Virus record (IMG/VR): IMGVR_UViG_3300045135_002615
Location: 232,643-296,642 of that record
Length of the DNA stretch: 64,000 nt
Strand: one strand, 5' to 3'
The notes under the pieces are model-generated. The model ran no database searches. It saw nothing but the letters and a program-made list of their open reading frames with translations, and was not told the DNA's origin. Position numbers and translations under genes: made by a program. Positions 56,013 through 64,000 of the stretch are shown here, piece after piece. The first letter of the stretch is position 1. Every line of letters begins with the position of its first letter.

Positions 56013-57392
56013 ATGGCAACAAGAGCACAAAGACTAAAAAAGATACATGACCTACATGAACAAATCGCAAGAGAAACACCTCAGACAGAAAGTCAGCTTG
56101 TGCGTCGGCTCATGTTCGCCAATGGGATGACTGAGGCAGATGTCAGGGCAACTTCTAACTCTTCACTGACTGAGTTTGGTCGTCTAGTTTATAGGGCGTA
56201 CCCTGACAATAAGTACTACTTTAGGTTGGTCTTCACCTTCGGTGTTAAGATCGGGTTCGCCCCCGAAGGTAGATATGGAGGCATCCCTTCACTATCTTCG
56301 ATCAACACTCTTTACTACAAGCTCAAGCGGGAGTCCAAAGCTCAGACGAAGAAGGCTTCTATAGATTTGTTCTACGCAGTAGATTCATGGATGGAGATGA
56401 ATGCCCAAGACATTGACTACATGTTAGTGAAAACACCCCTTTCTTCGTCATCCGGTAAGATTGTCACACATGGTCTACTTAAGCCCATGGTCATTGCTTT
56501 ATGTGATAATCTCAACCAAGCGTTCCCTCAAGGGGTATTCAGTGTTGTCTTATCTACCATTTATTTTGACGCTTCTGAGGGTCATGAGCGTATCGCGTCT
56601 AAAAAAAAAAGTGAAGATGAGGTAGAGGAGGAGGCACTAGAGTTGTTGGCTGACAATGTCCCTAGTTTGCCTATTCCTTCTTCTTTAAAGTCTGATCTGA
56701 AGAAGGACGTAGTAGGTAATAAGAACCTAGTGTCAAAGGGTGTAATCCACACATGGAAACCGTTGAAGGTTCGTGTTGTCAAGGACACCTGGCTCATCCT
56801 TTTGAATGGTACTCCTGAAGAGAAAGCGGCATTTAAGAGAGGCTTTCTAAAATCTGAAGAAAAAGACGAGATGTCTCACGTCCTTGAGGGTTTAGACGCT
56901 CAGCTTGCACTTGCTATTAAGAAAATGCAGGGTCTTCAAACGAGTGATAAAGAGCTAAAAATCAAGAGGGCAGAGCAGGCAGGGTCACTGTTGAAGGGTA
57001 GCCTTCAAGCATCCGGGATGATTGTTTTATTTGCGTTTATTTTCTTGTACTTTAAAGGCGATCCCTACGCAGAGAGTGTTGTAGGGGGTGTGAGTGGAGG
57101 TCTCACGTTTATCTTTAAAGCTATTATCATGGCGGTAAAAGGGATTTCAGGTCCCTTTTCGATTTACTTTTTAGCCTCCACCTTCTATATACCTTTCAGT
57201 AAGACACTCGGCTATCGAGAGGGCACACTCAAGATGCTGAGAGACCTTAAAGATAAGCTCAAGACCAATACCTTTGGGCTCATGCACTACTTGTCAGACA
57301 AGTTTAATATGTTCAAGGGAGGGGTGGTGAAACTCGTAGGGAACGTGTACGAGAGGGTAGTTCGTAAGTTCAGGCGAGCTTCTTATTGCTAA
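56013..57392 (+). CDS. Hypothetical membrane protein with KKAS/RIAS/RRAS motifs
   Basis: Hydrophobic helices in the C-terminal third; AAAGGA SD. Confidence 0.7.
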   Translation: MATRAQRLKKIHDLHEQIARETPQTESQLVRRLMFANGMTEADVRATSNSSLTEFGRLVYRAYPDNKYYFRLVFTFGVKIGFAPEGRYGGIPSLSSINTLYYKLKRESKAQTKKASIDLFYAVDSWMEMNAQDIDYMLVKTPLSSSSGKIVTHGLLKPMVIALCDNLNQAFPQGVFSVVLSTIYFDASEGHERIASKKKSEDEVEEEALELLADNVPSLPIPSSLKSDLKKDVVGNKNLVSKGVIHTWKPLKVRVVKDTWLILLNGTPEEKAAFKRGFLKSEEKDEMSHVLEGLDAQLALAIKKMQGLQTSDKELKIKRAEQAGSLLKGSLQASGMIVLFAFIFLYFKGDPYAESVVGGVSGGLTFIFKAIIMAVKGISGPFSIYFLASTFYIPFSKTLGYREGTLKMLRDLKDKLKTNTFGLMHYLSDKFNMFKGGVVKLVGNVYERVVRKFRRASYC

Positions 57393-57437
57393 GTCGTTTA
57401 TCATCTCCTTGTGTCAGTTGAGACATAAGGAGGTCAT

Positions 57438-59072
57438 GTGTCCTACTCTAATATGCAAGCTCTGCAAAAGGCAATCGTTAAAAAAAAACAAAGAGAGGTC
57501 ATCTTACCCCCCCAAGAACCACCTCTTATCTCATCGAGCGAGGGTGGTACCGGACTCTACTTAGTAGGGGGTAATAATGGTGAAATATACTCTAGTGGTG
57601 ACATCACGATAGGTCCCTTAGCGAGGGGTGTCTATAATGAGAACTACTCTAAAAACACCATCCTACATGGGCAGGATGATGAGTTAAGCCATGTGGCAGG
57701 TTATGTCTCCATAAGAGGTGGACACATAGCTAATGATGGTTTTCCTGGTTTTCAAGGGGGCACTGTTTATGTTCTTGGAGGAAGGGCGAATGGTGGGTTA
57801 GATGGAGCTGGAACATCCACATGGGGTGGGGACGTAAATGTTATAGCCCCTGGCAGGGGAGTGACCCGTAATTCGGGTCATACCGTGAATATGACCCCTT
57901 ACTCGGGTGGTCTTCAAGTTGGGACACTAACTACCGAGGGAGAAGTCAACTCAGGGGATGTGGTCATTGGAACAGGGGCAGGGACAGAGGCAGGTCATTT
58001 AAGTGGGGATATGACTCTCTCGACAGGGGGTACGGTTGATGGTCAAGTAGGTAGTGTTTTCATTAGTACAGGAGAGACCGCAAGTGGCTTGAGTGGGGAC
58101 ATTGAGATGTCTACCTCTGCTCTAGATTCTGCATCTAGTTCGGGGTATATTATTTTAGAGACAGGTGAGAACCCATCAGGGGATGTAGGGGCTATTGTTA
58201 TCAGAGGAGGTGCTTCTTCACTTAATAATGCACCAGGTAATGTAAGTATCGCAGGAGGTGATCTTGTAGATTATGCAGGAGGGGGTATGGGCTTAGGTGG
58301 GGATGTGTTAATTAGAGGTGGTAGTGTTGAAGGCACTGTTACATCTTCCGCAATCGCAAATGCCGTCAATATCTCAGGTGGTGATGTTTATCCTGATAAT
58401 GCAGGAGACCCCACATATACATGGACAGGTGGTAGTGTCACCATTGAGGGAGGTCTTGCCATAGACTTAACAGGGGCATCCACTACAAGGCGTGGGAATG
58501 TCACTCTGCGGGGTCACTACCTGTTTATGGAAGTCGAAGAGCCTGTAGATTTCTCGTCGTCAGGTATCCAAGCCTTTGCCCCGGACACGCAGGATAGAAG
58601 GCTACCTTTGATTGGGGCAGATGGAATACTCTCTGCTTTGGGCGTGTCCGTCTTAGGTGTGGGGAAATTCAATGTGACTATCCCAGCGGGTAGTCACATC
58701 TACCATCTCTATATGGGGATGAGGAACTACACACTTAATGCAAGTGGCCCTGTGGCAGTACTAGGTGAAGATGCTACAGGTACCCCCATCTACCCTATTT
58801 GTGCAGAGACGTACACAGGGTATGGAGCTACCTATCCTGCATACCTTTACTATGAGCCTAAAGTGTTCTTCTCCATTAGAACCATTTCTAATGGAGCGTT
58901 TGTTGAGATTGCATCAACCCCTATAGCTACAGAAACCTTCACAACCATTTCAGGGGTATATTTAAATCTCATCCAGTTCTCATCACAGGCACCAAATAGC
59001 CAGGTAGATGGACTTAAGAACTTAGGTAACTTTGATGCTGAGGTAGAGATAAACTACTTAGTCTTAGGCTAA
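57438..59072 (+). CDS. Gly-rich beta-repeat virion protein (fibre/spike-like)
   Basis: Repeated G[DNS]V.I.[GT]G units; GTG start after AAGGAGG. Confidence 0.7.
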   Translation: MSYSNMQALQKAIVKKKQREVILPPQEPPLISSSEGGTGLYLVGGNNGEIYSSGDITIGPLARGVYNENYSKNTILHGQDDELSHVAGYVSIRGGHIANDGFPGFQGGTVYVLGGRANGGLDGAGTSTWGGDVNVIAPGRGVTRNSGHTVNMTPYSGGLQVGTLTTEGEVNSGDVVIGTGAGTEAGHLSGDMTLSTGGTVDGQVGSVFISTGETASGLSGDIEMSTSALDSASSSGYIILETGENPSGDVGAIVIRGGASSLNNAPGNVSIAGGDLVDYAGGGMGLGGDVLIRGGSVEGTVTSSAIANAVNISGGDVYPDNAGDPTYTWTGGSVTIEGGLAIDLTGASTTRRGNVTLRGHYLFMEVEEPVDFSSSGIQAFAPDTQDRRLPLIGADGILSALGVSVLGVGKFNVTIPAGSHIYHLYMGMRNYTLNASGPVAVLGEDATGTPIYPICAETYTGYGATYPAYLYYEPKVFFSIRTISNGAFVEIASTPIATETFTTISGVYLNLIQFSSQAPNSQVDGLKNLGNFDAEVEINYLVLG

Positions 59073-59416
59073 GACTTCCACCACTCATCAAATGCACCAC
59101 AATCAATACGCTCATAAATGTCATCGGGTATTGACCCTACACAGTCATGATGGAACCACTCCCCGTTCTTCCTGATACGCCATTGCTTGAGGTCTTGATG
59201 GATACTAGGCTCTCTCCACCCTAAGCCTTCAAATGCCGCGATTAAACGTAGCTTATATGTGCTACCTGTCTGTAGTTGCTTAAGTCTCTTCTCAGGGTGT
59301 TTTGACCGACCAATCTTGATCATGCCCGTGTCACTAGACTGAATGAAGTACAGCCAGTCACCCTTCTGCTTCTGAATTTGTATCTTGTATCTTTCTAGTA
59401 TCTCTTTAGAGTCCAT
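59069..59416 (-). CDS. GIY-YIG (T5orf172-like) nuclease
   Basis: LYFIQ..IKIGRSKHPEKRLKQLQTG..E..IH..GEWF. Confidence 0.85.
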   Translation of the reverse strand: MDSKEILERYKIQIQKQKGDWLYFIQSSDTGMIKIGRSKHPEKRLKQLQTGSTYKLRLIAAFEGLGWREPSIHQDLKQWRIRKNGEWFHHDCVGSIPDDIYERIDCGAFDEWWKS

Positions 59417-60930
59417 TATAGCACATCGTCTAAGGGGTTATCGTTTGTCTTGTTGCCCCCTGCCTTCTTAGTCACAGGCTTGAACTGAAGGGGCATATTG
59501 AGAATACGACCATAAGGCCATACGAGCTGAGCTTCAAAGTCTTGGAAAGGTGCTTGGTCACGAGACTTGAGGCACTGATACTTCACTTGTGAGTTCTCAC
59601 GTTGATCGTCTCCATACCAGTTGGAGATCACCACATCCGCTGAACGCTCCGCTTCATTAGCGTAGCTCAAGTGAGTAAGGTTGTATGACCCACCATTCTT
59701 CTCTGCTGCCTTGTAGCCTTCACGACTGATCTGAAACAAACAGAGGATAGGTACACCTTCACCCCTATTGAAGCCCAAAGCTGTCTTCTTCAAGTCACGG
59801 ATCACCTCGTTGAGGCGATCAGTAGTAGAGGCTACCCACTTACGGGGAGAGACAAGCAAGGCGTGGTCAACCACAATCATCTTGATCGGCTCCGCTTGAG
59901 CAAGCACCTCAGCTCGGCTACGCAAGTTCTCAACTGTGAAGTCGAGTGTATTAGGGTCAGCTACCTCAAAACGGATTGACCCGTACTTGCCCGCCTTCAC
60001 ACCATCATCAAGGTCTTTGATGACCTCTTTCATGAACGCGACCTCATCGGTGTTCAAAAGACCATTCTTGATCTTGTGGGGCTCAATGCCCACATCGGGA
60101 CTTTGTGAAGGTTGGATACCTAGAGCCATACGCTTAGCACGGAACTTAGGGTGCATGGAGTGATAGGTGTAGATGATACGCCTACACTGAGAATAGTGCA
60201 TCTCAAGGGAGAAGTAGAGAGTATTAGTCCCACCATAGACAGCCTGGTTGTAAACCCAGTTCATCGCAGAGGTAGACTTCAAGTGACCTGTAAACGCGGC
60301 TAAGATGTAGAGCTCCTTTTTACGGAAGCCTCCAAGAGCTGTGTCGATCATCTCCAACCCTGTGACGGGCAAGATGTCGAGCTTAGAGTCTTTAGCCCTC
60401 TCGTACTCCTCCCAAAAGTCCTCACCATCAGTGAGTGCTTCACCTCCGATGCGAGAGCCAAAGGTAGGGGTGTTGATCTTAGCAACCTCATTAACAAGGA
60501 AGTTGCCCGCATCACGAGAGCCTTTAAGGAGCTTCTTAGAGCGACCCTCCTTCATCTCTAAGCCTGTCTTTGCGATGACCTTTGCGTCAGCCATAGCGGA
60601 GGCGAGCTGAACCATGCGGGACTCTTCAACAGTACGCTCAACGAGAGCCATGAAGTCGCCGCGATAGTAGATGTTCTTATTAGAGATCTGTTGGATGCGG
60701 TCAGCTTCGTCAAACTGCTGTGCTTGCTCGAAGTGATCAATCACACCTGTCATCTCAGGTAGGTGTCCATGCTTGAGGGCGAAGTCTTTGATATACTCGT
60801 AGATGTTGACCTCAGTTGGGAGATCAAAGCGGAGTACGGACTCTCTCAACGCACAGTAGTTGTGGAACATCATGTCTGCATTGTCGCCACGAGCAGGGTC
60901 GGGTAGGATGCTTCTTAAAATCTCACTCAT
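59416..60930 (-). CDS. dnaB: DnaB-like (SF4) replicative helicase
   Basis: TGL..ID..LGGF..ELYILAAFTGHLKS, YFSLEM, IVVDH, LFQISR, ERSADVV, CLKSR. Confidence 0.85.
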   Translation of the reverse strand: MSEILRSILPDPARGDNADMMFHNYCALRESVLRFDLPTEVNIYEYIKDFALKHGHLPEMTGVIDHFEQAQQFDEADRIQQISNKNIYYRGDFMALVERTVEESRMVQLASAMADAKVIAKTGLEMKEGRSKKLLKGSRDAGNFLVNEVAKINTPTFGSRIGGEALTDGEDFWEEYERAKDSKLDILPVTGLEMIDTALGGFRKKELYILAAFTGHLKSTSAMNWVYNQAVYGGTNTLYFSLEMHYSQCRRIIYTYHSMHPKFRAKRMALGIQPSQSPDVGIEPHKIKNGLLNTDEVAFMKEVIKDLDDGVKAGKYGSIRFEVADPNTLDFTVENLRSRAEVLAQAEPIKMIVVDHALLVSPRKWVASTTDRLNEVIRDLKKTALGFNRGEGVPILCLFQISREGYKAAEKNGGSYNLTHLSYANEAERSADVVISNWYGDDQRENSQVKYQCLKSRDQAPFQDFEAQLVWPYGRILNMPLQFKPVTKKAGGNKTNDNPLDDVL

Positions 60931-61643
60931 AGCTTAACTCTCTTGTGTGTTCCAATGGGGGTGGTGCTTGCTTTTCCGTTGCTGGTATTCTGCATACGAA
61001 TCTTCTCTTGTTGCTCGGCTGTAGGTAGGAGCTTAATACGCTCCCACCCATCAATGCACTCCTCTACAGATCGGCTCCAAGCGAGGTGACCTTCTTCTAG
61101 TGGCTTGTCGGGTGACTCTACGATCCATGTAGCTTTATTGAGGTGTTGTCGCATTTCAATGGTCTCGACAAGTACTTCGGGCATGGCAGAGTTACGAGCC
61201 ATCTTAGTACCAAGCCTCACAACAAGAAGATAAGGTGCCTCGGCTAAGTCCTCTAGAGAGTAGACCTTCAAGTCACGTTGGAAGTCAGGGTCCGCGATGT
61301 CCATACCTTGTACTTGCATAGAGCCGAGCCATGCAGACATTAATGTATGGTCACCTACCACCTTTACAAAGAGATTTGGCTTCCTCAAGTGAGCTAAAGA
61401 AGACCTGAGATGGAGTTGGAGGAACCCCTTATCGGCAGTAAGGACGAGGTTCTGATTAGTCTTTCCGTTAAGAGGTGACCTCTTACGGGGTGTTGCTATA
61501 CCGAGATTTGTCCAAGCACGATTGGCTTGGTTAATAAGAGCTTTTTGAACCATACACTCACATGGTATGGCGTTGGGGATGCCGTAGTGTCCGTCATCTT
61601 TTTGGACGAAACCGTAGCCCCCACAGATAGTACAAGTAGTCAT
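60927..61643 (-). CDS. DnaC/DnaI-like helicase loader homolog with degenerate ATPase motifs
   Basis: N-terminal CxxCGG.G..PCEC zinc motif; LLVVRLG at the Walker B position; IEMR..LNKATWI; directly upstream of the helicase. Confidence 0.6.
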   Translation of the reverse strand: MTTCTICGGYGFVQKDDGHYGIPNAIPCECMVQKALINQANRAWTNLGIATPRKRSPLNGKTNQNLVLTADKGFLQLHLRSSLAHLRKPNLFVKVVGDHTLMSAWLGSMQVQGMDIADPDFQRDLKVYSLEDLAEAPYLLVVRLGTKMARNSAMPEVLVETIEMRQHLNKATWIVESPDKPLEEGHLAWSRSVEECIDGWERIKLLPTAEQQEKIRMQNTSNGKASTTPIGTHKRVKL

Positions 61644-61745
61644 GTTCCTCCTTTGTGTTAGATAGGGTTCTTATATAAGCGACTCTCTACATGAACTAGT
61701 TATACTACTATGCCTTCATATAACAGGGACACGAAAGGAGCTATC

Positions 61746-63827
61746 ATGTATTATGCAGCTAAAGTACTAGGGCAAATCTTTGCCAACCCCCCTTACTATA
61801 TCTTGCGTTGCCTTGTCACCTCGCGGGACGGATCAGAGCCGATTGTTGTTAAGGGTAACATCGCGGGTCCCGTTGCTCGGGGTACTGTGTTTACGTTTCA
61901 AGGCAAGAGGTCTCTAGATAAACGAACAGGTAAGTACAACCTCGATGTGGTTCGTACCCCTATTAACCCTAAATACCTAGAGGGCTCTGCCCTGACCCAT
62001 TGGGCAGAGTGGTCTTCCCCTGAGATGGAGGAGAGTGTCTCAATCCTCTCTTCTCTCAGTGAAGCTGGTGTTCCTGTGAGTATCATCAACTCCGTGTGGG
62101 GTGAGATCGAAGGTTCAGCTACGTCCATTAAAGAGAACCCTTGGCTACTCGTATATAAGGGAGTCACTTTTAAGGGTGCTGATGAGATCGCTAAAACCTT
62201 GCTCAAGAATGACTACAACCCCCATGCACCTCAAAGGGTAGAGGCGGCGATCTTTTGGTCACTCTTACAAGGGGTCTATCAAGGGCATTGTCACCTCGAT
62301 AGTAATACGATCTTCCAAGACACCTTTATCCTTACGGGTCTCTCCGACCCGAAGGATATTGTAAAGACCATTAAGGGCATGGTGGACTCTGTACCTGCAA
62401 AGCTCGTTATTGAGTCCGGTGAGGATAAGGCGAAGGCTCTCTTCCTCCCTTCATATCATCGTATGGAATCTGAGGTGGCGGAGTATATCCAATCACCTCT
62501 CAGAGGTGGTTGGGAGATCGAGATCACTGATGATGAAGTGAGAGACTATACGAGATATGACCTCACTGAGAAGCAGATCGGTGCGATTCGTCAAGCTCTC
62601 AAAGAGCCTTTCTCAATCATTACAGGTCTACCGGGTACAGGTAAGACAACGATCTTGAACACTCTCTGTAAGATCTTGAAGGAGCGTAAAGAGAACATAC
62701 TCCTTGTAGCCCCTACGGGTATTGCAGCTAAGAGGGCTTCAAGTCTTACAGGTCTTGAAGCGATGACCATTCACCGAGCCTTTGGTGCGGGTCAGCCTAT
62801 GGAGGAGAAGTCAGAGACTTCAGACTATGAAGGAATCAAGAAGGATGAGGAGACTAGCAACCTAAAGCCCGTCTTTGGTGCGAGTGACCCAAGTAGAGAG
62901 GTATGGAAGCACAGCCCTAATAGTCCTCGTGATGAGAGCGTAGTGATTGTAGATGAAGCCTCTATGGTTGATCTTCACTTGATGTGGAGGATGATGAGAG
63001 GTATCTCCCCTAAGTGTCGTGTGATCATGGTTGGTGATATTGCACAGCTCCCACCTGTAGGTGCGGGGTTTGTTCTCTCAGAGTTGATTGCCTCTAATCA
63101 TTTACCCCGAGTCCACTTGACTGAAGTGTTCCGTCAAGGTGCAGACTCAGAGGTTACGATGGCAGCACATAAGATTCATGCGGGAGACATCCCACATAGT
63201 GGGGAAGACTTCAAGTTGATTGAGGCGTACACCGCTCGTGACGCTACGGATACGATTTTGAAGTTAGCTAGAGATCTCCATATGGATGAGGTAGACTTCC
63301 ATGTGATGTCGCCCACACATCATGGTCAAGCGGGGGTCACTAACCTCAACAAAGAGCTGAGGGCTACTCTCAACCCTGATGTTGGCGGGGTTAGCTTTAA
63401 GATTGGGGGTGACTCTATCCGTGTAGGGGACAAGGTGATGATCACTAAGAATGAGTATGACCTTGGAGTGTTCAATGGTGATGTGGGTAAGATCCGTAAC
63501 ATTGACAAGACCTCTATAGAGGTGGTCATCAAGGGTGTACGCGACATGGTCATAGACATACCTAAAGACGCCGTAGGGAAACTTTTACGTCTTGCCTATG
63601 CTACGACAGTCCACAAGTCACAGGGTCTTGAATATGACGTGATTTTGATGCCTGTTATGAGTACACATGGTAGCAATCTACTTCAGAGATCATTGCTGTA
63701 TACTGCGGTGACGAGGGCGAAGAAGAAGGTGATCTTAGTGGGTGAGCCAGACGCTATCGCTGTATGTGTAGCGAATAAGACATCAGGTGTGAGATACTCT
63801 AGGTTACACACTAGATTTGATGGGTGA
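61746..63827 (+). CDS. recD2: RecD2-like SF1B helicase
   Basis: ENPW.L..GVTFK.AD, TGLPGTGKTT, IVDEASM, VGD..QLPPVGAG, LTEVFRQ, AYATTVHKSQGLEY, LYTAVTRAK. Confidence 0.92.
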   Translation: MYYAAKVLGQIFANPPYYILRCLVTSRDGSEPIVVKGNIAGPVARGTVFTFQGKRSLDKRTGKYNLDVVRTPINPKYLEGSALTHWAEWSSPEMEESVSILSSLSEAGVPVSIINSVWGEIEGSATSIKENPWLLVYKGVTFKGADEIAKTLLKNDYNPHAPQRVEAAIFWSLLQGVYQGHCHLDSNTIFQDTFILTGLSDPKDIVKTIKGMVDSVPAKLVIESGEDKAKALFLPSYHRMESEVAEYIQSPLRGGWEIEITDDEVRDYTRYDLTEKQIGAIRQALKEPFSIITGLPGTGKTTILNTLCKILKERKENILLVAPTGIAAKRASSLTGLEAMTIHRAFGAGQPMEEKSETSDYEGIKKDEETSNLKPVFGASDPSREVWKHSPNSPRDESVVIVDEASMVDLHLMWRMMRGISPKCRVIMVGDIAQLPPVGAGFVLSELIASNHLPRVHLTEVFRQGADSEVTMAAHKIHAGDIPHSGEDFKLIEAYTARDATDTILKLARDLHMDEVDFHVMSPTHHGQAGVTNLNKELRATLNPDVGGVSFKIGGDSIRVGDKVMITKNEYDLGVFNGDVGKIRNIDKTSIEVVIKGVRDMVIDIPKDAVGKLLRLAYATTVHKSQGLEYDVILMPVMSTHGSNLLQRSLLYTAVTRAKKKVILVGEPDAIAVCVANKTSGVRYSRLHTRFDG

Positions 63828-63999
63828 GTAGTTGGTGTCTTACACCAACTAGGTCTCCATTGTAGTCGTACTCAATAGTTCCCCTATCCTTAACTTTTTT
63901 GACCCTCTCCCTTGAGACCAGAACGACTTTGTCCGCATTGGTCTCTCGGAGTATAGCCGCTAAGTGGCTAAAGCTAGGTGCGTTAGTCATCTTTTTAAG
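63811..63999 (-). CDS. Partial CDS running off the window end
   Basis: Open minus-strand frame ..LKKMTNAPSFSHLAAILRE..HQI* ending at 63811. Confidence 0.5.
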   Translation of the reverse strand, partial: LKKMTNAPSFSHLAAILRETNADKVVLVSRERVKKVKDRGTIEYDYNGDLVGVRHQLLTHQI

Positions 64000-64000
64000 A

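Noticed and set aside
59069-59416. GIY-YIG gene as a mobile intron or homing element
   Set aside because: Free-standing 115-aa gene coupled to the helicase stop codon; no interrupted host gene or intron structure seen
63829-63851. Perfect 10-bp hairpin after recD2 as a terminator
   Set aside because: No U-tract on either strand, and it lies inside the convergent partial CDS; function not supportable
1-64000. Eukaryotic giant virus origin (GSII, CCA-less tRNAs) or a reassigned genetic code
   Set aside because: SD sites, sigma70 promoters, sigma factor, amidase and lipoprotein indicate a bacteriophage; TAA, TAG and TGA all end full-length genes

Overview
This 64-kb window is most consistent with a segment of a large lytic bacteriophage (jumbo-phage-like) genome. 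It has dense standard-code ORFs with AGGAG-type Shine-Dalgarno (SD) sites, near-consensus sigma70 promoters and five tRNA genes without encoded CCA (Glu-TTC, Lys-TTT, CAT, Arg-CCT, Arg-TCT). Replication and repair genes include a DnaB-like helicase, a degenerate DnaC-like loader, a TOPRIM primase, a DnaN-like clamp, RecD2, a stand-alone C-terminal half of SbcC/Rad50, a pyrimidine-dimer glycosylase-like protein and a GIY-YIG nuclease. Auxiliary genes include a type II glutamine synthetase, thymidine kinase, ClpP, a degenerate GroEL and a sigma factor; there are two peptidoglycan hydrolases. Two adjacent ~3,100-aa fibre-like genes are followed by adaptor/lectin cassettes. Patterns not explained by standard annotation: (1) a 12-bp motif TAG-N4-TT-WAT 30-50 nt upstream of nearly all structural-type genes, almost always followed by a hairpin hiding the ribosome-binding site; (2) unrelated proteins in that set sharing [RK]-x-A(S) motifs next to MinD-like amphipathic helices (candidate protease-matured virion cargo); (3) a modular adaptor plus docking-peptide lectin system, with an orphan lectin 14 kb away; (4) an eight-member paralog family with conserved ends and a variable core; (5) a tRNA(CAT) clamped inside a 27-bp stem ending in a U-tract. 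All calls come from reading motifs by eye; no database searches or folding programs were run.
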